Source of the DNA: Chloroflexota bacterium
GTDB taxonomy: Bacteria; Chloroflexota; Dehalococcoidia; Lucifugimonadales; UBA3495
NCBI GenBank assembly: GCA_022561675.1
Contig: JADFQT010000001.1
Location: forward strand, 1 to 28,093
Direction: 5' to 3'
DNA: 28,093 nt
This document shows positions 9,477 to 17,947 of the stretch, in pieces. Position 1 is the stretch's first letter. Every line of letters begins with the position of its first letter. The position numbers and the translations under genes were made by a program. The notes under the pieces were generated by a model. That model did no database searches, was not told the DNA's origin, and saw only the letters and a list, made by a program, of their open reading frames with translations.

Positions 9477-10923
9477 GCCCACCGGGTTTATCGAGTTTGT
9501 CCGGGTAATCCCGGAACGCCGGCCGGTCCAGGAAAGGAAGGCCGACTATCGGGAATTTTACCGCCGCTGGACCGATAAGCAGGCCAGGGAACAGGGCGCT
9601 CGCTGCATGGACTGTGCCGTGCCCTTCTGCCATATGGGCTGCCCCCTGGGAAACCTAATCCCAGATTTCAACCATCAGGTCTACCTGGGTGACTGGCAGC
9701 AGGCGCTGAAGGTACTGCTGAGCACCAACAATTTCCCCGAATTTACCGGACGGATTTGCCCGGCTCCTTGCGAAGCCTCCTGCGTGCTAAGCATCAACTC
9801 CGACCCGGTTACCATTGAATATATCGAAAAAGAGATCTCCGAGCGGGGGTTCGAACGGGGCTGGATCAAGGCCGAGCCGCCCAGCCAGCGTACCGACAAG
9901 AAGGTCGCGGTGGTAGGGTCCGGGCCGGCGGGTTTGGCGGCGGCCCAGCAGCTTAATCGGGCTGGTCACTCGGTCACGGTTTTCGAGCGGGACGACTATA
10001 TTGGCGGCCTGCTGATGCTGGGAATCCCCGACTTCAAGCTGAGCAAGGACGTGGTGCGGCGGCGGGTGGATCTCATGATTCAGGAGGGCATCACCTTCAG
10101 GACCGGGATTAACGTCGGAGTCAACTACTCGGTTGACGAACTTAGATCCCAGTTCGACGCCGTCTGCCTCACCGGCGGTTCCACCCACGCTCGGGATTTG
10201 CCAGTACCGGGTCGGGAGTTGTCCGGGATACACCTGGCGATGGATTACTTGCCCCAGCAAAACCGGATACAGGCGGGAGAAACTATCGCTCCGGAGCAGC
10301 GCATTACCGCCGAAGGCAAGAGAGTCGTTATTCTGGGCGGCGGAGACACCGGCGCGGACTGCCTGGGCACCGCCCACCGGCAAGGGGCCGAGTTGGTTTC
10401 CCAGTATGAGTTACTGCCGGAGCCTCCGAAAGAGCGGGGACGGGACAACCCCTGGCCCCAATGGCCCAACATTCTTCGCTTATCGGGAGCCCACGAGGAA
10501 GGCGGAATCCGCGACTACGACATCCTCACCAAGTCTTTCTCCGGCAGCAACGGCCGGGTGGAGAGGCTTCACGCGGTGCGGGTGGAATGGACTGCTGGAG
10601 AAAACGGCCGGTATAACATGGAGGAGGTGCCCGGCAGCGAATTCGAAGTGGAGACCGACCTGGTGTTGCTGGCTATGGGTTTCCTGCACCCTCAGCACGA
10701 AGGAATGCTGACCCAACTGGGCGTGGAGCTGGATGCCCGGGGCAACGTGAAAATAGATAAAGACCGCATGACCAATATCCCGGGCATCTTCGCCGGAGGG
10801 GACATGGCTCGCGGCCAGTCGCTGGTGGTTTGGGCCATCGCCGAGGGCCGGGAGGCCGCCCGCTCGATGGACCTTTACCTGATGGGACACACCCAACTTC
10901 CCCGGTCGCTGCCGGCTAAATAG
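9469..10923 (+). CDS. gltD: Glutamate synthase small subunit (NAD(P)H)
   Basis: RCMDCAVPFC, GRICPAPCE Fe-S motifs, GSGPAG, GGGDTGADC, GQSLVVWAI; overlaps the gltB stop by 8 nt. Confidence 0.97.
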   Translation: MAKPTGFIEFVRVIPERRPVQERKADYREFYRRWTDKQAREQGARCMDCAVPFCHMGCPLGNLIPDFNHQVYLGDWQQALKVLLSTNNFPEFTGRICPAPCEASCVLSINSDPVTIEYIEKEISERGFERGWIKAEPPSQRTDKKVAVVGSGPAGLAAAQQLNRAGHSVTVFERDDYIGGLLMLGIPDFKLSKDVVRRRVDLMIQEGITFRTGINVGVNYSVDELRSQFDAVCLTGGSTHARDLPVPGRELSGIHLAMDYLPQQNRIQAGETIAPEQRITAEGKRVVILGGGDTGADCLGTAHRQGAELVSQYELLPEPPKERGRDNPWPQWPNILRLSGAHEEGGIRDYDILTKSFSGSNGRVERLHAVRVEWTAGENGRYNMEEVPGSEFEVETDLVLLAMGFLHPQHEGMLTQLGVELDARGNVKIDKDRMTNIPGIFAGGDMARGQSLVVWAIAEGREAARSMDLYLMGHTQLPRSLPAK

Positions 10924-11011
10924 GCTTCCTTCCCACCTATTTACTCACCACCTACCTATTTAACTGCCTAATCGGCGCCGGTTTGCCTGGCTCAACCTGC
11001 CGGGCTTACGG

Positions 11012-12454
11012 TCACGTTTGCGCGGCTGCTGGGGAAGTCCTGGCGGATCGAGCCAGATACTCTTGCAAGTCCAACACCTGGATGGTATTGGTAGTGCCGC
11101 TGATTCCGGTCAAGAAGCCGTGAACTATGGTCACCACGTCGGTTTCAGACACCAAGCCGCTGTTCAGCGCGCCCTCAATCACCATTCCCACCAGCCGGGC
11201 GATGTCCGGCTCCCGCGGAAGAACCCCAACCGGGTAGACGCCCCAGGCCAACGCCAGTTGTCGCAGTACCGCTTCATCGTGGGCGAATACGATTATATCG
11301 GCATCCGGCCGAAACCGGGACACCTCAAAGGCCGCCCGGCCGGTGCTGGTCAACACGATGGGCTTGGAATTCATCTCCCGGACCAGCCTCCCCGCGCTGG
11401 CGGCGATCGCTTGAGTACGATCCCCCCGACCGAACTCCTGGTAGTAGGGGTAAATTTTCTCGGCTTCACGAATGGTCACGTCGGCTACTCTAACGGCTTC
11501 CACCGGATACTGCCCTACCGCGATTTCGTCGGAGAGAAGAATGGAATCGCAGCCGTCCAACACGGCGTTGGTGATGTCCGATACCTCGGCGCGGGTGGGC
11601 GTGGGAGAAACCACCATGGTTCGGAGCATTTGGGTAGCGATGCATGAGGACTTGGCCGCCTCTCCGGCTTTCTTGATTATCTCCTTTTGAACCACGGGCA
11701 CGCGTTCCATCGGAATTTCCACGCCCAGGTCTCCCCGGGCCACCATGACGGCGTCGACTTCCTGCAAGATGGAGTCCAGGTTCTCTAATCCCTCGGCTTT
11801 CTCCAGCTTGGCCATGATTCGGGCCTTACTGCCGATGTTGTTGATGTAGGCCTTGGCGGACCGCATGTCTTCCACGGTGCGGACAAAGGAGACCGCTACC
11901 CAGTCCACCTCCTGCTCCAGGCCAAACTGCAGCGCCACCTTGTCAGCCTCAGTCAGGATCGGCATGTCAATCCTGACCCCGGGGAGATTCACTCCTTTGT
12001 AGGAAGATACGATGCCGCCGTTTCGAACCCTGGTCTTGACCTCCGAATCTTCAGTTTCGATCACTTCGAGGCAGATGGTACCGTCGGCAATGAACACCAG
12101 ATTGCCGGGCCGCAGATTCTTGAGGATGGCCGGTTGCGGGAAGGGGAGCCTGCCCGGGCCGGTTGAGCGCTCCTCCGGCCCCAGTGTTACCTCATCTCCG
12201 TGGTTCAACTGAACCTGCTCGTCCATCTGCCCCAAGCGTAGCTTGATGCCCCCCAAGTCCTGAAGAATGGCAACCCGCTTGCCATGCTTGGCGGAAAGCT
12301 GGCGTACCGAATGGATCACCTCGGCGTGCTCCTCCAGAGTGCCGTGGGAAAAGTTCAGTCTGGCGCAGTCCATGCCGGCGCCTATGAGCTGGTCCAGAAC
12401 CTCCGGCTCTCGGGATGCCGGTCCGATGGTGGCGATGATCTTGGTCTTTCGCAT
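11012..12454 (-). CDS. pyk: Pyruvate kinase
   Basis: MRKTKIIATIGPAS, RLNFSHG, KGVNLP, MVARGDLGVE, ATQML, PTRAEVSD; SD GAGGTGG before ATG 12454. Confidence 0.96.
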   Translation of the reverse strand: MRKTKIIATIGPASREPEVLDQLIGAGMDCARLNFSHGTLEEHAEVIHSVRQLSAKHGKRVAILQDLGGIKLRLGQMDEQVQLNHGDEVTLGPEERSTGPGRLPFPQPAILKNLRPGNLVFIADGTICLEVIETEDSEVKTRVRNGGIVSSYKGVNLPGVRIDMPILTEADKVALQFGLEQEVDWVAVSFVRTVEDMRSAKAYINNIGSKARIMAKLEKAEGLENLDSILQEVDAVMVARGDLGVEIPMERVPVVQKEIIKKAGEAAKSSCIATQMLRTMVVSPTPTRAEVSDITNAVLDGCDSILLSDEIAVGQYPVEAVRVADVTIREAEKIYPYYQEFGRGDRTQAIAASAGRLVREMNSKPIVLTSTGRAAFEVSRFRPDADIIVFAHDEAVLRQLALAWGVYPVGVLPREPDIARLVGMVIEGALNSGLVSETDVVTIVHGFLTGISGTTNTIQVLDLQEYLARSARTSPAAAQT

Positions 12455-12673
12455 GGCGGACCACCTCATTGGTAATTCAGGCTAGAAGAGAAGGATTAAA
12501 TGACTGGAGTTCCTATACCAAAGCCAAGGCAGGATCTGTATCGACTGCCATACCGACCCCTGTGGGTGTCGCTTTGGATTTAGTTTAGGGCAAGCGAAGG
12601 GGACGCATCACTGGGGAAGTTTTCGGGTCCGGAGCCCAGGTCTCCCCGCAAGAGCCCGGATGCACTAGTTAGT

Positions 12674-12733
12674 AAGTATCTCAAAACGACCCACGTCATG
12701 CCGAAGGGCTCGGGGTGACATATTGGGACAATT
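12674..12733 (-). repeat. 60-bp palindromic intergenic element, copy A
   Basis: Reverse complement aligns without gaps to 26287-26346 (shared GTCACCCCGAGCCCTT core and GAGATA end) and matches both ends of 21697-21900. Confidence 0.75.
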
Positions 12734-12916
12734 GGTTAATGATAACAGAGGATTCGGGGGTTGGTAGCGGGGTTCCCTGCCAATAATCTATGACTTGGCG
12801 GTGAAGAGAGGGTCTGGATTCGTCCGTGCCCTCATATTAAAAAGGGCACAAAAGCAAAGTCGCAAAAGCCGCAGAAATGAGACTATTCCGCCGCTGTTGC
12901 CGGAGGGAGAAAAGAG

Positions 12917-14080
12917 TTAAGGCCGGCCAGCATAATAGGCATCGGTGGCTGTCTTTAAACCGCTAATCCGGTTTCTCTGCAAGTCTTCGCTCCGCTCGGC
13001 GGCCCAGCGGTTGGAAACCTCTATGCCTTTCAGGGTGCCCTGGAAGCGGGGCATCACGTAGCGGGCCAACAGCTCGTAGCTGTGCTTGATTTTCTCGAAG
13101 GGAGCCCAGTCCTCAACCCGAATCATGAAACTGCCGAAGCCGCCGCTAATTTCTTGCAGCCGCTCAATTCCCGCGATGCAATCGTCGGGGGTCCCCACGA
13201 TCCACTGATTATGCTCCACCATGTAGTCGACAATCTGGTCGGCGGGAACGTCCGGGATTTCATTCCCCAAGGTCTGGCCAAAGTATTCGGTAACTAACCG
13301 GCCCCCGCCCAGCCTGATGTCCTCATACGCCTCCTTTTTGCTTTCGGCCAGGTGCATCCCAACCACCAGACCCCAATCCTCCCTCCTCACCGTCTTACCA
13401 TGCTCGGCCGCCGATTCCTCGGCGATGGACCAGAGCTCCTTCAGGCTGGTCTGTCGCACCGTGTCCCGGGGAATGCTCATGGACAGCACGGCTGCACCGT
13501 GCTTGCCCGCCAAGCTTACCCCCGCAGGCGACTGGACCGAGGCCACGGCCACTGGAACGTGAGGCTCCTGGTAAGGCCTTAGCTGGAGCACCGCCTCGTT
13601 CAGCTCAAACCAGTCGCTCTTGTAGGTGAGAGGTTCGGTTTCGGTGAAGAGGCGCAGGATAATGCCCAGCGACTCATCCATCATCTCCCGCTGGCGCGCG
13701 GGATCGATGCCCAGCATCAGGGCGTCGGAGGCCAGGGCTCCGGGTCCGACGCCCAGGATAACCCGGCCTCGGGTCAAATGGTCCAACAAGACCATGCGGT
13801 TGGCCACCATATAAGGGTGATGATAGGGCAGGCTGATTACGCCGGAGCCCAGCCTGATGTGGCGGGTGCGCTCGGCCGCCGTCGCCATGAAAACCTCAGG
13901 AGAGGCGATGGTCTCCCATCCGGCGCTGTGGTGCTCGCCGATATACGCCTCATCAAACCCCAACACATCCAGCCACTGGAGCAACTCCAAGTCCCGCTCC
14001 AACGCCAGCGTCGGATTTTCACCCACCCGGTGGAAAGGGGCCATGAAAACCCCGAATTTCATCTTGCTGGACAGTGTCAT
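12917..14080 (-). CDS. Luciferase-like (LLM class) flavin-dependent monooxygenase, limonene 1,2-monooxygenase-like
   Basis: MKFGVFMAPFH, GFDEAYIGEHH, IRLGSGVISLPYHHP, LDHLTRGR, GTPDDC, ARYVMPRF; SD AGGAG before ATG 14080. Substrate unknown. Confidence 0.9.
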   Translation of the reverse strand: MTLSSKMKFGVFMAPFHRVGENPTLALERDLELLQWLDVLGFDEAYIGEHHSAGWETIASPEVFMATAAERTRHIRLGSGVISLPYHHPYMVANRMVLLDHLTRGRVILGVGPGALASDALMLGIDPARQREMMDESLGIILRLFTETEPLTYKSDWFELNEAVLQLRPYQEPHVPVAVASVQSPAGVSLAGKHGAAVLSMSIPRDTVRQTSLKELWSIAEESAAEHGKTVRREDWGLVVGMHLAESKKEAYEDIRLGGGRLVTEYFGQTLGNEIPDVPADQIVDYMVEHNQWIVGTPDDCIAGIERLQEISGGFGSFMIRVEDWAPFEKIKHSYELLARYVMPRFQGTLKGIEVSNRWAAERSEDLQRNRISGLKTATDAYYAGRP

Positions 14081-14237
14081 GTTGTCGCTCCTGTCTCTCA
14101 ATCTTCCCCTTACCTCAGACCCGGCCAGATTTGAGCCGGCGCGGGCCAGATCGGGGAAACAGCTATTGCCAGAATGATTCTAACATGAGTCGCATGTTTC
14201 AGCTATTGAGAGGCAGGTCTGAAACCTTCAGAGCCGG

Positions 14238-14753
14238 CTAGACCCCTGCTATCCGGCTTCGGCGTTCCAAGAGCAAAGTGTCCCGCCACACTCCCTCCAG
14301 CTGGGCTACCCGCTCCCGGAATCCCAACTCTCTAAAGCCGCATGCTTTGTGGATCGCCAGGCTGGCCAAGTTTTCTGGAAATATACTTGACTGCAACGTC
14401 CAGACTCCGGCACGTTCGGACGCGCTGATCAATTCCTGCAAAAGCGCCTTTCCTACACCTTGACTCCGGCTGGCTGCCGCCACGTAGACGCTAACCTCCG
14501 CTACCCCGGCGTAAGCAGCCCGGCGGGAGACCGGACTCAGGGCCGCCCAACCGATGACCTCCCCTGCCATTCTGGCTACCAGGCGGCATGATGGAAAGTG
14601 ATTCCGGTCCCAAGTTGACCGGTCCGGAGCAGTGGTTTCAAAAGTGGCCTGACCGGTGGCGATGCCAACCAGGTAAATGGCACGAACGTCCTCCCAGTCC
14701 CCTTCTGCCATGGACTCCAGCTGGTACTCCTTCTTTAGTGATGGTCTGCTCAT
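14238..14753 (-). CDS. GNAT N-acetyltransferase (phosphinothricin acetyltransferase/YncA-like)
   Basis: ATFET, EVSVYV, acetyl-CoA motif RSQGVGKALL, NLASLAIHKACGF, WRDTLLLERRS. Confidence 0.9.
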   Translation of the reverse strand: MSRPSLKKEYQLESMAEGDWEDVRAIYLVGIATGQATFETTAPDRSTWDRNHFPSCRLVARMAGEVIGWAALSPVSRRAAYAGVAEVSVYVAAASRSQGVGKALLQELISASERAGVWTLQSSIFPENLASLAIHKACGFRELGFRERVAQLEGVWRDTLLLERRSRIAGV

Positions 14754-15017
14754 GGAATCAAGGGCCTACCGCCAGAAATGGGGATTAGGAATGGGAACTT
14801 CCGCCTAGCAAATGCCAGGGATTCAAGTGCCTATTTTAATCCTGGGGTATTATGTTGGTAAACTATGGACCCGCCGCTGGTTGCTCAAGCTGGCGAACTA
14901 CTTCCAAAGATGGTATCTTGAAGCCTGCCGCTCCCCAGGAGTATCAAGAAGTCCCAGGAACCTCGAGGAAGGAGATGCGGCCCCGCAATAAGACTGGTCG
15001 CTGAAGGAGAAGAGCCG

Positions 15018-15446
15018 ATGCCAAAGATTAAACACATTGCCATTGCAACCCAGGACGCCGACGCCACCGCCAAGTTTTACACGGAAGTATTCGGGATGAG
15101 GGAGATAGCCAAGCTGGACAGTCCCAATGCCTCCGGGTACTATCTGAGCGACGGCAACATCAACCTGGCGATTTTGGATTTCAAGAATGACCAGGTGACC
15201 GGGCCGGAGTACGGCACCGGGTTCAGCGGCATTCACCACATAGGTTTCGAGGTGGAAAGCCTGGAAGAGATCGCCGAGAAGCTGCAAAAGGCCGGGTCCC
15301 ACCCCAGGGACGATATCAACCAGGCTCTGGGTGTGGGGATGGGCGGAGAGGCCCACGCCAATGTGGAGGTCAAATACAGCGGCCCCAACGGGGAGATCAT
15401 TGATGTATCTCAGACCGGATGGGTTGGGACTCGCGGCTTTGACTAG
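15018..15446 (+). CDS. VOC (glyoxalase/bleomycin resistance/extradiol dioxygenase) family protein
   Basis: IKHIAI, FYTEVFGM, GIHHIGFEV, GPNGEIIDV; SD AAGGAG. Confidence 0.9.
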   Translation: MPKIKHIAIATQDADATAKFYTEVFGMREIAKLDSPNASGYYLSDGNINLAILDFKNDQVTGPEYGTGFSGIHHIGFEVESLEEIAEKLQKAGSHPRDDINQALGVGMGGEAHANVEVKYSGPNGEIIDVSQTGWVGTRGFD

Positions 15447-15482
15447 AGCGTCTGAGAATAACTGACCGGGCAAAAATGCCAG

Positions 15483-15511
15483 CGCCCCGGACCGAAGGGA
15501 CGGGGCGTTTT
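15483..15511 (+). terminator. Rho-independent terminator after the VOC gene
   Basis: CGCCCCG / CGGGGCG stem followed by TTTT; an A-run upstream suggests it may be bidirectional between convergent genes. Confidence 0.65.
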
Positions 15512-15537
15512 CCATTTCTCTAGAGGGGTTTTTCGCG

Positions 15538-15951
15538 CTAGGCCGGATGAAAGGCCAGTGTGGGTTGGTCCTGGTCCAGGTTTTCCAGTTCCAGCACAAC
15601 TGCGATGCCGGTCTGAATATTCTGCGGGTTGCTGGCGTCTACGCCCAACAGGCGGGCGCTGATGCGAGGCCCTTCTTCCAGCGTGACCACGCCGCTGCAG
15701 TAGGGATTGTCCCGGCCGTACCCCTGCTCCCCCATGGCCACCGGCACTATGGAAATGCAGGTGAAGGTGCTCAGCTGTCCCTTGCCGCTGAACTGGTGCC
15801 ACTCTACTTTCCGGCTGTGACAAGCCGGGCAAAGGGGCCGCGGCACGGCGGATAGGTGGGCGCAGTCCCGGCAGCGGATGCCCATCAGCCTACCCTCCCT
15901 TAGATATGTGTAGAAGGAGGCGGCATTGAATTCCCGAGGCTCGTCAGCCAT
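15538..15951 (-). CDS. DUF35-type Zn-ribbon/OB-fold protein (thiolase partner)
   Basis: CRDC and CPAC Zn-ribbon, GKGQLSTFT, VVTLEEGPRI, terminal FHPA; 7 nt downstream of the thiolase. Confidence 0.9.
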   Translation of the reverse strand: MADEPREFNAASFYTYLREGRLMGIRCRDCAHLSAVPRPLCPACHSRKVEWHQFSGKGQLSTFTCISIVPVAMGEQGYGRDNPYCSGVVTLEEGPRISARLLGVDASNPQNIQTGIAVVLELENLDQDQPTLAFHPA

Positions 15952-15958
15952 GCCGCTG

Positions 15959-17236
15959 CTAACCTCTCCGCAGAATGGTGACGACGCAGGTGCCGCCGGT
16001 ACCGCCCACGTTATGGGTGAGGCCGACTTCCAAGTTTGGATTGGACAGCTGCCTGGCGTCGGCTTCCCCCCTCAACTGGTGAAAAACCTCGATCACCTGC
16101 GCAACGCCGGAGGCGCCAACCGGATGTCCCTTGGATTTAAGTCCGCCCGAGGTGTTGATGGGCCGGTCCCCGGTCAGCGCGGTTCTACCCTCATCCACCG
16201 CCCGGGGTCCCTCGCCCGGTTCGAAAAAGCCCAGGTCTTCGGTGGCGATGATCTCAGCGATGGTGAAGCAGTCATGGACCTCCGCCACCTGGACATCCTG
16301 CGGTGTAATGCCGGCCATTTGATAGGCCTGCGCCGCCGCATGCTTGGCCGCCGACAAGGAGGTCAGCTCTTCGGCGTCGTGCAGCGGCCGGCCGGAGGCT
16401 TGCCCCATACCCGCGATTTGCACCGGCTTTTCGGTGAAGTTGCGGGCAATGTCGGCACTTACCAGCAGCAGGCAGGACGCTCCGTCGGTTATGGGCGCGC
16501 AGTCGAAGAGTCGAAGCGGCCAGGCGATCCAGGGGTTGGACGCCGGGTCATTCAAGAAATCCAGCTCGTCCTTCCAATCGGGGACGGTTTCCCCCCTCTG
16601 CTCCGCGCGAGCCTGGCGGCGCTCCATTATCTGGCGAATAGTCACGTTGAACTGGGCCTTGGGATTCAGGGCACCGTTATTGTGGTTCTTGATTCCCACC
16701 TTCAAAAGGTGATCCAGGTTGGTTTCGTACCGGTCCATGTGGGCCTTGGCCAAAGCCCCAAAAATGCCGGGGAAGGTCAGCCCGGCGGGCACCTCATACA
16801 GTACATCGGCGGCGGTGGCCAGCACATCGGTTACCCCCTCGGTCGGCAGGCCGGTCATCTTTTCCACCCCGCCGACCAGCACCACGTCGTACATGCCGGA
16901 AGCGATGGCCATCACGCCTTCCCGCAGCGCGCTGCCGCTGCTGGCGCAGGCATTTTCAATTCGGGTGACCGGAGCTGGCGTCATGCCCACCCAGTCGGCG
17001 ATGATGGGCGCGGTGTGTCCCTGCCCTTCAAACAGTTCGGAGGAGTAATTGCCCACGTAGCCGCACTCGATGTCCTCGACGTCGATGCCCTGGTCCAGGT
17101 TGTCCATCAGGTCCTGGAAGGCTTCAACAAACAGGTCCCGGCTGGTCTTGCCGCGAAATGCTCCAAAGTGGGACATACCCGCGCCGACGATCGACACGGG
17201 GCGTCCCAGCCGGCGCTTCTTGACTGATGCCACCAT
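15959..17236 (-). CDS. Thiolase (SCP2/archaeal-type acetyl-CoA acyltransferase)
   Basis: ENACASSG with nucleophile Cys, GGVEKM, DCAPITDGA, EVHDCF, NTSGGLKSKGHPVGASG. Confidence 0.93.
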   Translation of the reverse strand: MVASVKKRRLGRPVSIVGAGMSHFGAFRGKTSRDLFVEAFQDLMDNLDQGIDVEDIECGYVGNYSSELFEGQGHTAPIIADWVGMTPAPVTRIENACASSGSALREGVMAIASGMYDVVLVGGVEKMTGLPTEGVTDVLATAADVLYEVPAGLTFPGIFGALAKAHMDRYETNLDHLLKVGIKNHNNGALNPKAQFNVTIRQIMERRQARAEQRGETVPDWKDELDFLNDPASNPWIAWPLRLFDCAPITDGASCLLLVSADIARNFTEKPVQIAGMGQASGRPLHDAEELTSLSAAKHAAAQAYQMAGITPQDVQVAEVHDCFTIAEIIATEDLGFFEPGEGPRAVDEGRTALTGDRPINTSGGLKSKGHPVGASGVAQVIEVFHQLRGEADARQLSNPNLEVGLTHNVGGTGGTCVVTILRRG

Positions 17237-17302
17237 CGATGAGACCTCCGGAGGCTAAAGCATTAACGAATATCCGGTGCAGGAATGGCAGCCTGGCCAA
17301 CA

Positions 17303-17331
17303 ACTATGCAGAGAGGCCCCAGGCTCGTCAA
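17303..17331 (-). promoter_or_regulatory. Putative sigma70 promoter for thiolase-DUF35
   Basis: Minus strand TTGACG, 17 bp, CATAGT. Confidence 0.45.
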
Positions 17332-17352
17332 ATGCGGGCTCTTGGTTTCCGC

Positions 17353-17460
17353 TGTCATCCAGATCCGGCGAGAGCCCAGGACCGAAGCAATCTCATGAGG
17401 ATCAGGCGAGATTGCTTCGCGGAGTTTATCCTGAGCGCAGCCGAAGGGCTCGCAATGACA
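17353..17460. repeat. TGTCA...TGACA REP-like palindromic element, copy B
   Basis: TGTCAT/ATGACA ends; perfect 12-bp inverted repeat CGAAGCAATCTC (17383-17394)/GAGATTGCTTCG (17408-17419); 32-bp block shared with 21836-21867. Confidence 0.75.
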
Positions 17461-17560
17461 AATAAAGGAACCTGCTAACCAGGTAGGTTTCTAGCTGCTA
17501 CTCGGAAGAACCGTCAAGTTCCGCCAAGACCGCCAAGAACTGGGACAGCCCTTCGACTGG

Positions 17561-17866
17561 CTACCCGTACTTCTCGCCCAGGGCTTCCAGGCCGGCGGCT
17601 CCCAGGTCCTCGGGAGTCATCGCGACGCGGAACTCCACGGTGGCGTCGAAGGTAAGAAAGAAAGGTTCGGCGATGGCCGGCACCTGGGATGGTTCGCTGA
17701 TATCCACAATGAATATCCCTCCCCGCTTGCCGTTGCGTTCGGAGAAGTAGACCGCCTCCGGTTTGATGTCCGCCAGTATCTGCTGAATTTTCTGCCCAAC
17801 CGTCCCGTTCCTCACCAGGGTGTTGAAGGGCTCTATGGGGAAATTGACATCGACTATCATGCGCAT
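17561..17866 (-). CDS. Conserved small protein (DUF3303/GYD-like dimeric alpha-beta barrel)
   Basis: 101 aa with KPEAVYF, GKRGG, IAEPFF, MTPEDL motifs; SD GGAGGT. Confidence 0.75.
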   Translation of the reverse strand: MRMIVDVNFPIEPFNTLVRNGTVGQKIQQILADIKPEAVYFSERNGKRGGIFIVDISEPSQVPAIAEPFFLTFDATVEFRVAMTPEDLGAAGLEALGEKYG

Positions 17867-17947
17867 TGATCGAAATACCTCCAGAGTTAATACTGTTCGG
17901 GGTTAAGAGGGTCTGTTGACCTCACCTCGCCAGATCGAAAACCATTT

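Noticed and set aside
8220..9482. 420-aa antisense ORF within gltB
   Set aside because: Shadow ORF opposite a clearly conserved gene; expected from high-GC codon bias; no motifs.
10930..10963. Short ACCTATTTA direct repeat after gltD
   Set aside because: Only two 9-bp copies in a low-complexity spacer; no array or hairpin.
12760..12916. ykkC/guanidine riboswitch-like words (GGGGTTCC, CGGAGGGAGAAAAG)
   Set aside because: Plus-strand orientation points into the 3' end of a convergent gene, and the core motifs are incomplete.
15926..17227. 433-aa antisense ORF over the thiolase
   Set aside because: Mirror frame of a real gene with no recognisable domain.
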